Below, piece by piece: positions 29,735-40,182 of a stretch of DNA of 61,085 nucleotides. Made by a program: the position numbers and the translations under genes. Under the pieces are notes generated by a model. It saw nothing but the letters and a program-made list of their open reading frames with translations. It was not told where the DNA came from and did not search any database. Origin of the DNA: Andalucia godoyi And28. Taxonomy: Eukaryota; Protista; Jakobida. Numbering within the stretch: position 1 is the first letter of the stretch; each line of letters begins with the position of its first letter. The DNA lies in contig VRVR01000017.1 of NCBI GenBank assembly GCA_009859145.1, forward strand, positions 1-61,085, written 5' to 3'.

Positions 29735-30829
29735 CTAGTCGGCGTGAGAGCTTGTGGAAGCGGACCGAGACTTTTTTGCAGCGTCTTCAAACCGAAGGAC
29801 GTTGACAAGGTCCATTTCTCGGACATCTCGCTTCTTTCCAGCCCGATTCTTAGTCATCTGTCTCTGAGCTTTGAGCAGCTCGTACATGGAAAATAGCGCG
29901 ACCAAGTCATGGCCTTGGTCCACCTGATGGTATCCTTCTTCCCACTGAATCTTCTGCGTTGCGGACTGCGGCTCTCGTGGTGCAGACGGACCGACACTGC
30001 CGGAACATCCGGTGCTGGTGGTCGTTGGCAGCGACTTGTACTTGATGACGCTTGACTTTTCCACCCATTCAAAACTGAGGTGCCCGCCGTACGCCACACA
30101 AAACTTGTCTCCAAAGTACATCTTCTTTGAGTGGATGGACGGCGGCAACCGAAGGTCAAAGTCCGGACGCTTCACATACTGTGCAGGCCACAACACCCCG
30201 TCGGGCTGCAGCACTCGGTACCACTTCGGCACATACGACACCGCCGCCTCCACACTTGCAAGTGCACAGTCAAACAGCGTCAGGTTCCCCGACTTTTGTG
30301 CTGCTGCACGGGCACTCGCAATCGCAGCCGGAAGCGACACCCCGTCGTAATTCCCAGTCACCACCACCTTTGCAGACTGACTCTGGCCACCACCGGTACT
30401 ACTTGCAGGGCCATTTTGCAAGTGGGAATGCACGGACAGTGATGCTTGCGGCTGTAATTGCGGTTGCTGAAAGGGAAGCTCAATGTACACAATCGCAGAC
30501 AACGGCGCCAGCTTCACAAACTGGTACCCAAAGTAGCCAACCACCGCCCAATCCCACATGGCGTCCTGGGCATCCGACGACGGATACTCCAAAGGACCCA
30601 TAAACGCAGCTGCAATATCCAGAAGTTTCGGGTCCGACTCATGATCCAGAATCTGGCCGGGCCACATCACATCCGAGCCTGGATGCATCGGAGGCGCAAG
30701 GACATACTGGCCGTACAACTCCGGTCGCGACCTAGGAACATGTGCATATCGGGAGCTCGTCATCACCGCCACATTTGCTTCTTTTCCTTCCTTCATCTTG
30801 CTTTGGCCTACATGCACGGACATCATCAC
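29735..30829 (-). CDS. Tandem PWWP-like domain protein
   Basis: Two repeats of the WP-core/aromatic-cage pattern: VMWPGQIL...AVVGYFGYQFVKL and VLWPAQYV...FCVAYGGHLSFEWVEKSSV. Basic C-terminus. Confidence 0.65.
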   Translation of the reverse strand: MMMSVHVGQSKMKEGKEANVAVMTSSRYAHVPRSRPELYGQYVLAPPMHPGSDVMWPGQILDHESDPKLLDIAAAFMGPLEYPSSDAQDAMWDWAVVGYFGYQFVKLAPLSAIVYIELPFQQPQLQPQASLSVHSHLQNGPASSTGGGQSQSAKVVVTGNYDGVSLPAAIASARAAAQKSGNLTLFDCALASVEAAVSYVPKWYRVLQPDGVLWPAQYVKRPDFDLRLPPSIHSKKMYFGDKFCVAYGGHLSFEWVEKSSVIKYKSLPTTTSTGCSGSVGPSAPREPQSATQKIQWEEGYHQVDQGHDLVALFSMYELLKAQRQMTKNRAGKKRDVREMDLVNVLRFEDAAKKSRSASTSSHAD

Positions 30830-31194
30830 ACCAGTGGAGAAAAAAAAGAGCAGAAGAGGAAAAAAGGCGTTTTTCTTAAACGATCTTAAATTAAATATTA
30901 GATATTAGCAAGAAGAAAAATGAAAAATGAAAAAAAAATAAAAATGAAAAATGAAAAATAAAAATGAAAAATGAAAAATGAAAAATGAAAAAACGAAACA
31001 AAACGAAAATGTCGAAAAGCTTGCATTCGACAGTGGCGGGAAAGGATCGGTCGACATGCTTCGACTGCACCATTTTCTTTTTACAGCGGGAAAGGTGAGA
31101 GAGAAATTTATGCTTTTAAAATAAATAATAACAATAACCGAGAGTCTCCGTGAAAATGTACAATATCTGAGACGGGCGAAGTGGGTTTGGTTCG

Positions 31195-32421
31195 TTAGAT
31201 GCTGGCGAGTGCCGAGGCCGCATAAAACTGTGTGAAAGATCCAATGGAAAAGCCACCGTGAAGAAGCAATGTACGGTCCGGTCCAAGCCATTGCTTCATG
31301 AGGAATGGGTGGACCGCCAGAATCTGACCGTTCTGTTGCTGTAGTTGCATTGGTGCTTGGTGTTGCGCATGGGAATGTGTCCGTCTTGAGTGATGTTTGG
31401 TGGGTCCGTGTACATCCTCGGTCGGCAGGCATTCTTCGAGCCGCGCCGTCCACAGCTCGCGCTCTTTGAAGTCCATTCTTGAAAACCGCGCAGCAAGTGC
31501 TTGACGCATTGGACTCAGCGCAGGAACCAGCATCAACGCCTTTTCCACGATCCATTCTGTTCTCGCGTCGACTGTCGCCGATGATGGGAGTGCCGATGGC
31601 TGATTGAACGTCGGGCCGCCGCCGCCGCCGCTGCTGCTGCTGCTGAACGCCAGGGCGAGTGCCTGGGGATCTGAGAGCGCAAGGTCGACGAGCTTGGCCG
31701 AGATTCCGTAGACGAGGACGGCGCGGTCTGTCGATTCCTTGGCGGCAGCATCAAAAGATGCTTGGAGCAGCGCGGCGAGTGCCACGCGTGCGGAGCGGAG
31801 TGCTGAGCGGACGATCGGCAAGGGGACGAGCGAGTGGGCGTCGATGACGGAGAGAAAAACAAGGATGCCGTCGATCAGAGACAGCAGCAGCAGCACCACG
31901 GGCCCTCCGACTGCAGGGAGACTGCTCATGGGCACCGTGGTGTAGTTGATGATGCCAGAAGAAGAGAGGGCGGTGGCGGAAGGGTTGGAACTGCCTGTAT
32001 TTCCTCCTGATCCGACAGGCCCCGACGAGCGAGCAAGCTGCATTTGTAGCGCATCGACGCGGCCTTCCGTCACAATCTCCTGCTGGATGCCATGCCACCA
32101 CTGGTCAAATCCGTCGATGAACCGCAGGAGAATCTGCGGAGTCACCATCATGTACCGAAGGTCAACTCGTCGTACCATCACCGAAAACTGCCCACACAAG
32201 ACGCTGGTCGCATTCGACAGATCCGGCAGCGGACGATGCACCATCTCGGAAGACGAAGAAATCGACAGCGCATGGCTCACATCCGCGGTAAACCGGTCGC
32301 GACACGGCGCCCACACCGACACCGGAAGCATCTCCACTGCGTACAACGATGTCTCCAGCGTCAACAGCGAACACGAAACCGTCTGCAGCGTAGACGATAG
32401 CGTGTCAAACAGCAGCGTCAT
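31195..32421 (-). CDS. Hypothetical alpha-helical protein
   Basis: About 408-aa open frame with coding-like GC between AT-rich spacers; no motif recognised. ATG taken at 32421. Confidence 0.6.
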   Translation of the reverse strand: MTLLFDTLSSTLQTVSCSLLTLETSLYAVEMLPVSVWAPCRDRFTADVSHALSISSSSEMVHRPLPDLSNATSVLCGQFSVMVRRVDLRYMMVTPQILLRFIDGFDQWWHGIQQEIVTEGRVDALQMQLARSSGPVGSGGNTGSSNPSATALSSSGIINYTTVPMSSLPAVGGPVVLLLLSLIDGILVFLSVIDAHSLVPLPIVRSALRSARVALAALLQASFDAAAKESTDRAVLVYGISAKLVDLALSDPQALALAFSSSSSGGGGGPTFNQPSALPSSATVDARTEWIVEKALMLVPALSPMRQALAARFSRMDFKERELWTARLEECLPTEDVHGPTKHHSRRTHSHAQHQAPMQLQQQNGQILAVHPFLMKQWLGPDRTLLLHGGFSIGSFTQFYAASALASI

Positions 32422-32502
32422 TGTTCTTGGTTGTTCTTTGATTATTTGATTATTTTGTTTTTGCGCTTCCTTCCGCTTCTTTTCCGTTGACAATGAACAA
32501 CG

Positions 32503-32540
<38 letters not shown>

Positions 32541-33284
32541 ATAATAATAACAATAATAATAATAATCAAATCTTGATGACAACCCACGAAAAATAAAAAA
32601 TACTTCAGTACAGTTCTTTCGCACAAGTGAAAAAAGAAGAAGAAGAATCAAGTGATGCTAGTAGGTTTTCCGCAAATCCAAAAAATCCAAAAAAAATCGA
32701 TGATGGGTTATGACGTATTGCGGCGCAAAAGCAAACATAGATCTACTGACCACTGGGGGGCGGAGGTTCAATGAGGGAGTTGTCGACATTCTTTCGGAGC
32801 GGCCTTTTTGGACCTTCTCCGGCAATCGCGGCTGATCAGACAGAAGCCCGGAGATTTCCATCTGAGGCAAGCGCAGTTGCCTATTTTTTTTTTCCGCCTC
32901 AACGGACGACGGGATTTCCCTCTCCACGCAAATCTTGCCGCTTTTCTTCATCAAAAAAAAAAAAAAAGGGTCGCGGCTCAAATGCCGCCCCTCTTCTTTC
33001 CACATGCAGACTGGACACGCACCACTCACACCCGCAAAGAGCCGTAAAAAGAGGCCTCCATTTTTGATTTTTCTGCTGTTGATCGATACGAAAAGAAATC
33101 TCTCTTCTATTCTTTTGTTTTTCTATTTTTCTATTTTTCTTCTTGTTTTTCTTCTTGTTTTTCTTTTTGTTTTTGTTTTTTTTTAAATTTATTTTAAATT
33201 TATTTTCGCGCGCGTACTCTTCACTCTTTAGGTGGTGTTGTGTGCTGTGGTGCTTCCGGTGCGTTGAGTGTGAGTGTGTTCAGA

Positions 33285-34082
33285 ATGACGGTTCCTCAGG
33301 GGTTAAGCACTGCGGAAAAGGAGGCGTTTGTTCGAGACGGGTTTGTGGTGTGCCGCGGGCTGCTGAGCAAGGATGAAGTGGCAGAGATTGTAGCTGGATG
33401 CGAGGAGCTGGCAGAGAAGCGACCTGCTCCTGGATGCGATCAGGAAATGATGTACTATGAAGACTCGGTGAAGGAGCCTGGCAAGCGGATTCTTTCTCGA
33501 ATTGAAAAGTTTGTCGAGACAAATCCAGTTTTGGCAAAGTATGCAATGGACGAGCGCATCATGGTTCGTGCAGCCGAATGTCTTTCGCTTGGACCTGCAT
33601 ATCCTGTGCAATATCCGCCAGTGCTCTTCAAGGAGAAGATCAACTTTAAACTCGCGAACGGCGGCCGCGGGTTTGAGCCACACCAGGACATCCAGCCAGG
33701 CTGGGACGACTACTGCTCGTACTTCATCTCGGTGTTGGTGACCGTCGATCCGTCGACAGAGGAGAACGGATGTCTGGAGCTTGCTGGAGGCCATCACAAG
33801 AGAGGACTCATTGGCGAGAAGTGGAAGCCGCTTACTCCCGAGCAGCTCAAGGGTATCGAGTTTATCAAGTTCCCCACCCAGCCAGGAGATGTGGTCTTTT
33901 TCGACTGCTACGTCCCCCACCAGTCGGAACCAAATCTCAGCTCCACTATTAGAAGAAACATGTACCTCACCTTCAACCATCCCTCGGAGGGCGACCATCG
34001 TATCCAGTACTACGCAGACAAGCGCAAGGCTTTCCCGCCGGACAATGAACGCGACGGAAAACACTACGCCTACAAGGTGTAA
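33285..34082 (+). CDS. PhyH-family Fe(II)/2-oxoglutarate dioxygenase, PhnY (2-aminoethylphosphonate dioxygenase)-like
   Basis: FKEKINFK..GG.GFEPHQD (HxD), ENGCLEL..GHHK, PGDVVFFD.YVPHQS.PN (distal His), RRNMYLTFN and C-terminal YYADKRKAFPPD.ER. Confidence 0.85.
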   Translation: MTVPQGLSTAEKEAFVRDGFVVCRGLLSKDEVAEIVAGCEELAEKRPAPGCDQEMMYYEDSVKEPGKRILSRIEKFVETNPVLAKYAMDERIMVRAAECLSLGPAYPVQYPPVLFKEKINFKLANGGRGFEPHQDIQPGWDDYCSYFISVLVTVDPSTEENGCLELAGGHHKRGLIGEKWKPLTPEQLKGIEFIKFPTQPGDVVFFDCYVPHQSEPNLSSTIRRNMYLTFNHPSEGDHRIQYYADKRKAFPPDNERDGKHYAYKV

Positions 34083-34261
34083 ATCCTCGCTGCAGGAAAA
34101 GGAAGAGAGAAAATGCAAATCCCCCCACACCTCGACGTTGAACACTCACTGCATGTAAACGATCGATCGTACCTGGTCCTTTCCTCGCGAGCATCTCCGT
34201 CTGAATCCACACCACTGAAAGCGAGGAATGCCTGCTTTCACCGGCAAGCACGCGAGTTTTT

Positions 34262-34591
34262 TTACGTCTTTGTGAAATTAGATATCGAAGGACCGACAAA
34301 GTCGTCATCGCCATCGCCACCGCCAATGGCTTGATGGCCCTCGTCATGTAACATTTTCGCTCTGCTTGCTGCAGACTGCTTGGAGAACGTCTCGGCTTGC
34401 TTGAGGGAAATGTTCTGAATCCATCTCGCTTTTAGATCCGCGTCTGGAATCTCATTAGGATCCACACGCTCTGTCACAGGAGCATCCAAAAACTCCTTCA
34501 AAACTCTCGCTATTTCTTCGATTGGAGGCATCGGGGCATCCCACAGCGGACACACATACGGCACACTCATCCCCAGTCCTCTGCTCAACAC
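34262..34591 (-). CDS. Possible terminal exon of an unidentified gene
   Basis: 109-codon open frame with coding-like composition. Upstream exon(s) near 34650-34820 are unresolved. Confidence 0.3.
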   Translation of the reverse strand: MLSRGLGMSVPYVCPLWDAPMPPIEEIARVLKEFLDAPVTERVDPNEIPDADLKARWIQNISLKQAETFSKQSAASRAKMLHDEGHQAIGGGDGDDDFVGPSISNFTKT

Positions 34592-34822
34592 GAAAAATCA
34601 GAAACGACAAAAGTAAACTGATAACATTTAGTAATTAAAATTCTCAAGAAGTGATACATTGGAAAGAGTTCGGCACTTTGCAGCAGTACCAATTTGGACT
34701 TTCGGGTGCTTTCCTGAGCACGAGTCTTTTTAATTGAAACCTACGAAAGTTTTTCGCGCATGCGTTGCGCACGAAGCACGGCGAATCACTGCTGATCATC
34801 TGTACTCCGTCTTGCATCCCGA

Positions 34823-34825
<3 letters not shown>

Positions 34826-34880
<55 letters not shown>
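34826..34880. repeat. Compound (GA)n(GT)n microsatellite
   Basis: Direct reading. Confidence 0.9.
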
Positions 34881-34970
34881 ATTGGAGTCTACGGAAATTT
34901 ACTTTGCTTGGCTGCTTGGAGGTTTTGATGGCGGTGTTCGTTGGAAAAAAGAAAAGTGAAAAAAAACACA

Positions 34971-36320
34971 CTACAAGAGAAACTTGATGGATTCTAGAAT
35001 GACAGACTCTGGAGTGGTGGCGGACGGGGCCTTTTCCTTGCCTGATCGTCCTTCTGACGCGCTGTGCTCAACAAACTTTCCAATAAGTCGTAACATACGT
35101 ACATCGACAGTCACTGGCAAAGCAGCCAGAATGGCGCTTGCAAGGCTCTTCACCGACTGCGAATGATCTGCATCGATCTTTGAGGAAGTGTCCGTGGAAA
35201 ACGAGAGCACAAAGTGCGTTTGGACGATCGCGTTGACCGCTGATAGGATTGTTGGCGAGGCATTCGTGGATCTCCGACTTGCAGGTGTAATCGCTGTTGA
35301 AACTTCACCACCGCCCTCACCGTCCACACGATTCACTCTGGCAGACTCGGCAGCAAAGTACAGATGGCTATCGGACACTGACGAATGCATTTGAAACATG
35401 GTGGAGGCCGCCAAGCTGGAAACCAGTTGCTGGATCTCCAAGGTGGCCGCCGTCAGCATCGATGCTCTCGTCACAGTCGGAGTCGGGCAGGCCGAGGAAA
35501 TCGCTTGCAGAAAGACGCACACAAGCGTGGCAAGTGAACTTGCAAGCTGGACGGCAGGAAGTGATGACTCCCCCTTGATCGACAAGATCGACGCCCACTT
35601 CGGAAGCACAAGCGTCTGCACGACGGATGCAGTCACCCCGGCAGACGCAGAAGCGTGGAAGAACGGCGTCGACGCACCTCTGCAAAACTCAGTTGCCAAG
35701 TTCGTCGAGACAGTCGACGGAATGTTGCATGACGGTGGAATCAGCACGTCGCAAGGAATGTCCCATGCTGCCTCAATAGCATCGGAAGGGAATGTGTAGT
35801 TTGCCCAGTTCACCGAGTTTGTATCGTTTGCAGCACCGCCAACTCCAGATGAAGAGGCAGATCCCGGACGCATATTCATGTTCTTTGCGTCTGGTGCTGC
35901 AGTAGCAGCAGCCGCAGCGGTAGCCGCATAGGAGGTCGCAAAGCCTGGAACCATACTGATGGCAAATGCATTGCTGCGGATGTAGGGCTTCAACGAAGAC
36001 AAGACTTGAGACAGTTCCGAAAATTCGCAGCAGACTATGACCAACGTAGCTGCACTCGCATCCGCAGGCGACGTTGATATTTTCAAGGTATGGGGCAGCG
36101 ACACACCCGGCAAGAACCGAGTGTTCTCTTTTTTCTTCGTCAAGCTGTCCACCATCGTCGAGTGCAGCTGCTTCTGACTCTGCGCGTTGCTGCTGTTGTT
36201 GTGGCCCGCAGTTGGAAGAGAAGGCACAAACAAAGTACATGGTCTTTCTGTACTAATGCACTTTGCAAACGCAGTTGCCCATGCTCCACACCCAACAATA
36301 AATACATTATGGCTCTCCAT
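34971..36320 (-). CDS. NAD-dependent glycerol-3-phosphate dehydrogenase-like protein, probably catalytically inactive
   Basis: Rossmann start VFIVGCGAWATA, ENTRFLPGVSLP..LKIST and ASMLT...EIQQL. The catalytic-Lys motif is degenerate. Confidence 0.75.
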   Translation of the reverse strand: MESHNVFIVGCGAWATAFAKCISTERPCTLFVPSLPTAGHNNSSNAQSQKQLHSTMVDSLTKKKENTRFLPGVSLPHTLKISTSPADASAATLVIVCCEFSELSQVLSSLKPYIRSNAFAISMVPGFATSYAATAAAAATAAPDAKNMNMRPGSASSSGVGGAANDTNSVNWANYTFPSDAIEAAWDIPCDVLIPPSCNIPSTVSTNLATEFCRGASTPFFHASASAGVTASVVQTLVLPKWASILSIKGESSLPAVQLASSLATLVCVFLQAISSACPTPTVTRASMLTAATLEIQQLVSSLAASTMFQMHSSVSDSHLYFAAESARVNRVDGEGGGEVSTAITPASRRSTNASPTILSAVNAIVQTHFVLSFSTDTSSKIDADHSQSVKSLASAILAALPVTVDVRMLRLIGKFVEHSASEGRSGKEKAPSATTPESVILESIKFLL

Positions 36321-37022
36321 TTATCCTTGTGTCTCCGTGTCTTGCTTTGTGCTGTGTCTTGCTTCTTGTTTCTTGGCTTTCGTCTAAATCCGTAATGACG
36401 TGCTTTGGTGCTGGTGGCTTTTCTTCCTCTGTTATTCGTGGGACTCTGACTATGGGAATGAATGGTACAGTACAGTCCAAACAAACTACAAGGATGCAAG
36501 CGGGGAACTACGAGATATTTTGTTTTTTGTTTGATTCTGTTTTAAGATTATCTTGGAATCAAAAACAAGACAGCAGTGCCATTCGGTCCAGTTCACTGAC
36601 CCCAATGGGTCCAAATGCATTGGCTTTTTTCCTTCCACTCTCTCTCTCTCTCTCTTCCTATGCTCTGCGGTCATCCACGCAGAAACTCGATGGAAACTTG
36701 ACTTCTTTTTTCTGGAAATCGAAGACAAAGCTCAGAGCAAGCACGAACTACAGTGAAATTGTACAACCAGTATTTTTTAATTAAGCGAAACCAACACAAA
36801 CACATAAACTTATCATACTTGCTTGGCATATAATAATATCACACAAGGCAGAAAGGACACAAATCAGGATAGAAGAAGAGGCGAAGAGACAGACAGAGAG
36901 ACAGGGAGAGAAAAGGAAAAGAATGAGAATAAGATACAAAATAAAATTAAAATAAAAGACAGAAATATCACGATCCTACAACGGCGAATGTCATTTGGGA
37001 AGAGTTACGGAAAAAAAATAAA

Positions 37023-39680
37023 TTACCGGTGGTGCTGAAGACGGCTTGTGGAACGCTTTGGCGAAGCTCCCGGAAACACCGGGTCCAATGGCTCAATGGC
37101 GACCGTCAAGCTTCCAGCGCCGGACGTCGTTGAAGTGACTTCGCAGTTGTTCGACATTGGATTTGCAGCATCCAGAGACGCCCGATAATACGAAAGGCGG
37201 GCGAGGAAGGTTCGGTAGTCCAGAGGAGTGTTGCGGTCACCATTGAACATAAACTCGATCACGGTATCGCGATCGCTGTCCAGAAGCTTGATACCAAGAC
37301 GCGCAAACGACTGCTCAAACTCGACGGCATCCACAAAGCCGTCGCGGTTACAGTCAAACTCGCGGTAAAGAGCCTCCGTGAAATGCGAACGACGGACAAA
37401 CAGAATCTCAGACATCTTGGACAAGATGCGGTTGATGATGGTTCGGGCGTTCTTTCCACGCTCCGCGTTGGACAGCACGAGGGCATACTCGTTCCAATCA
37501 ACGTCTCCGTGAGCAAAGGCGTCTTTGAGGTTGACCGTGACCATGATGTATGGCTGGAGCGCACCGACAAACTCATCAAACGTGATGATTCCGTCGCCAT
37601 TTGCATCAAAGCGGCGCACAAGCTTCACAAGGCACAGATCGGTGATTCGGAAGTCGAATCGCTTCAACCAATTTTCAAATTCGTCGACGGTGATCAGAGC
37701 ATCTTTGTCGGCGTCCATAGAGCGGAACGCCGTACGCAAATCGCGGTTTGCTTGCAAGAGCTTCGTCGCAACTTGTCCATGAACAACTTCGGGATCCTCC
37801 TCCAAACGTCCATTCCACGAAGTAGCCGTCATTCCTCCAGCGGAGTTCAGCATCTGCAGGTAATTCTTGGAGTATTCGTCCATGCAGAGTACGTCGAATG
37901 CCTGCGAGTACAAGACAATTCGACTGCCGGGAACGATGTCGCGGTAGGATGCAATCTCGGGAACCTTGGATCGCTTGAGGAACGTTCCCCCAAGACGGCC
38001 GGAGTTGCGCTGACGCTGCTCCACAACTTGGATCGAATCATCAGCAAGGTAGTAGTGCAGAACAAACAAGCGCTCTTCGTCGTCGTCCTCAACATACGTT
38101 GGAACCAGACGCAACTCAAATCGCAGAATCTTGCCGTCGTTGTCCAAAAGCTTGCCAATGTCAACACGAGGCGGCTTCGGAACAAGGCGCAGCACGTTTC
38201 CAAGCGAATCTGCTTCGGAGCCAAAGTTGTTATGCGGAGGCACTTCCCGCGAGAAAGTCTTTGCCGGGTGCGACGCGCCGAGGAAACGAGAAACGAGCTC
38301 CACAGAATCCTCGTCCGAGTAGGAAACCCACAATCCCTTCTCAGACATGTACCGGCGAGTGAAAGCATCACAGTCAAGAACCACGAGATTGCGGCCATAC
38401 ACGTCGATTGACTTTCCTGGATAGAAGTCCTCGGGGGTGATAAACTCGTTCTCGGTTCGTCGCGCCATGGAAGACAGCCCTGCAAACTTCTTGGGCAAGC
38501 GGCCACGCTTCGCAAGCGTTGCCAGCGGTTCTCTCTTTGCATGGGTCTTTCCAACGAACGCCTCAGGTCCCGGCGTAGTAATCACCTGGCACGTGTTGTC
38601 TGCCAAGAAGTACAAGACAATGAAATACTGGATGCGGCCAAACATCTCGGTGCGGTTGTCCCACGCGGCAAGAAACTTGAGCACCTTTCCGTCATTGGCA
38701 AGGAAATTTTTCAGCGAGTCTTCGGCGCCAAGAAGGTGCGATGGAAATCCGAGCGCACCTTCTGCGAATCGCTTAAAGTCATCGTATTTGTATCCTGGAA
38801 TGTTGCGTCCGGTCTCATGTGCATTGTCATCAGCCTTGCGCTTCTGCAGGTACGGGTCCTCAGGCGGCTGCGTATCCGCGGGAACGGAAAAGCCGCAGAC
38901 CTGGGTCAGATACTCGCGAGTCGACTGCGCTACAGCATACACAGTGTATCGAACACCGTACAAATCGACGGAGCTTCCAATGTTGAGCTTCTCCGGGGTG
39001 AGAACCTCCACATTCTGGGAGGGCTTGTGCCTCTTCAAAAAAGCACCTGCGGAGATTCCAGAGTTCTTATCGCGTCGCTCCAGCAACTCAACGGACCCGT
39101 CATTGAGATACAAATTCAGTTTGAAGTTGCGAATGCGATGTGTTTCATTCTCTGTAGGGTTGCCCTCGTGCACACGCTCAACTGTGTACACTAGGAACGA
39201 CAGGAAATTCTCACCGGCCGCATTCACGATTGTGGAGGAGGACATTGCAGACAGGTTGGACGGTGCCGGAGAAACACTGGACGAAACACCGCGGGATGCC
39301 GACTGCCCAATGACCGAGGACGACAACAACGGAGTCTTGGTTCGATCAATCTGATGCGAGAGGCTGCTGTTCTGGTTGTGGTTGTGGTTGTGATTTCCCG
39401 ATAAGCCGGGTGTCGGAATGGACCGCGAACCTAACGCACTTTGCGCGCGGGGGGCTTCGTTGATGTTGAGCAAGCCGTCTTGCGTCCGCGACAAGGTAGT
39501 CTTGCGTCCGTGATGCAACTTACGCGGATCCGAGTACGTGAATCCAGGAAGGAAAGGCAGGTCTGCGCCGGCCGGATTATAGAAGGCGGCGACGGACCCA
39601 GGTCGGCCAGCGTCCACAGAGTCCGGAGACGTGGATCTGCCGTATGACGGAGTCGTAGACCCCTGGAACAGATGCGACAT
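37023..39680 (-). CDS. EFHC1: RIB72/EFHC1-family axonemal microtubule inner protein (3 DM10 domains plus EF-hands)
   Basis: N-terminal LPFLPGFTYSDP. Three DM10 domains (LYLNDGSVEL...GAFLKRHK; NDGKVLKFLAAWD...YFLADNT; NDGKILRF...YYLADDSI...GGTFLKRS). C-terminal EF-hand loops. Confidence 0.9.
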   Translation of the reverse strand: MSHLFQGSTTPSYGRSTSPDSVDAGRPGSVAAFYNPAGADLPFLPGFTYSDPRKLHHGRKTTLSRTQDGLLNINEAPRAQSALGSRSIPTPGLSGNHNHNHNQNSSLSHQIDRTKTPLLSSSVIGQSASRGVSSSVSPAPSNLSAMSSSTIVNAAGENFLSFLVYTVERVHEGNPTENETHRIRNFKLNLYLNDGSVELLERRDKNSGISAGAFLKRHKPSQNVEVLTPEKLNIGSSVDLYGVRYTVYAVAQSTREYLTQVCGFSVPADTQPPEDPYLQKRKADDNAHETGRNIPGYKYDDFKRFAEGALGFPSHLLGAEDSLKNFLANDGKVLKFLAAWDNRTEMFGRIQYFIVLYFLADNTCQVITTPGPEAFVGKTHAKREPLATLAKRGRLPKKFAGLSSMARRTENEFITPEDFYPGKSIDVYGRNLVVLDCDAFTRRYMSEKGLWVSYSDEDSVELVSRFLGASHPAKTFSREVPPHNNFGSEADSLGNVLRLVPKPPRVDIGKLLDNDGKILRFELRLVPTYVEDDDEERLFVLHYYLADDSIQVVEQRQRNSGRLGGTFLKRSKVPEIASYRDIVPGSRIVLYSQAFDVLCMDEYSKNYLQMLNSAGGMTATSWNGRLEEDPEVVHGQVATKLLQANRDLRTAFRSMDADKDALITVDEFENWLKRFDFRITDLCLVKLVRRFDANGDGIITFDEFVGALQPYIMVTVNLKDAFAHGDVDWNEYALVLSNAERGKNARTIINRILSKMSEILFVRRSHFTEALYREFDCNRDGFVDAVEFEQSFARLGIKLLDSDRDTVIEFMFNGDRNTPLDYRTFLARLSYYRASLDAANPMSNNCEVTSTTSGAGSLTVAIEPLDPVFPGASPKRSTSRLQHHR

Positions 39681-40182
39681 TGATGAAAATCAGAAAAAGA
39701 CCGACAGGCAGATAGAAAAGAGACTGGGAGGTGTGCTCAGCAGGGAAACGAAAGAAGACCGAAGAAGAGAAGGAAAAAAGGAAAATACAGCGTTTTCAAG
39801 AAGAAGAAGAAAAGTACGAGAAAAAAAACTGCAGGATGATGCGTAGTAACAGAAAGAAGAGGAAGGAAGAGGATCGAACGGATGGAAACCGAAGAAACTG
39901 ATTTGGAGACGTTGGCAACGTTTTTTTTTCCTCCGTCTTTGACGCTCATGCCGCTCTTTCACTTGCATCTGCTAGCACGACCTGCCATCACAACCCGTCT
40001 CGACACATTGTAACAACGTGGTGCAAGCAGATGCCAGTTGCAGCTTCCAAGTAGGGGCGTGCACGGCAGTCGTAAAAAAATCAATAATACAAAAAAAAAC
40101 GCAACGCAACACGCGGACGCCGCGCCGATGTCGGAAAAACCCATACAGCACCGCGCATGCATGATCAGCACCTTGGACGTCG

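Noticed and set aside
34809-34821. 13-nt match (GTCTTGCATCCCG) to the right-end region of Fanzor-like copy 1
   Set aside because: No flanking similarity; a match of this length is expected by chance given the number of k-mers compared.
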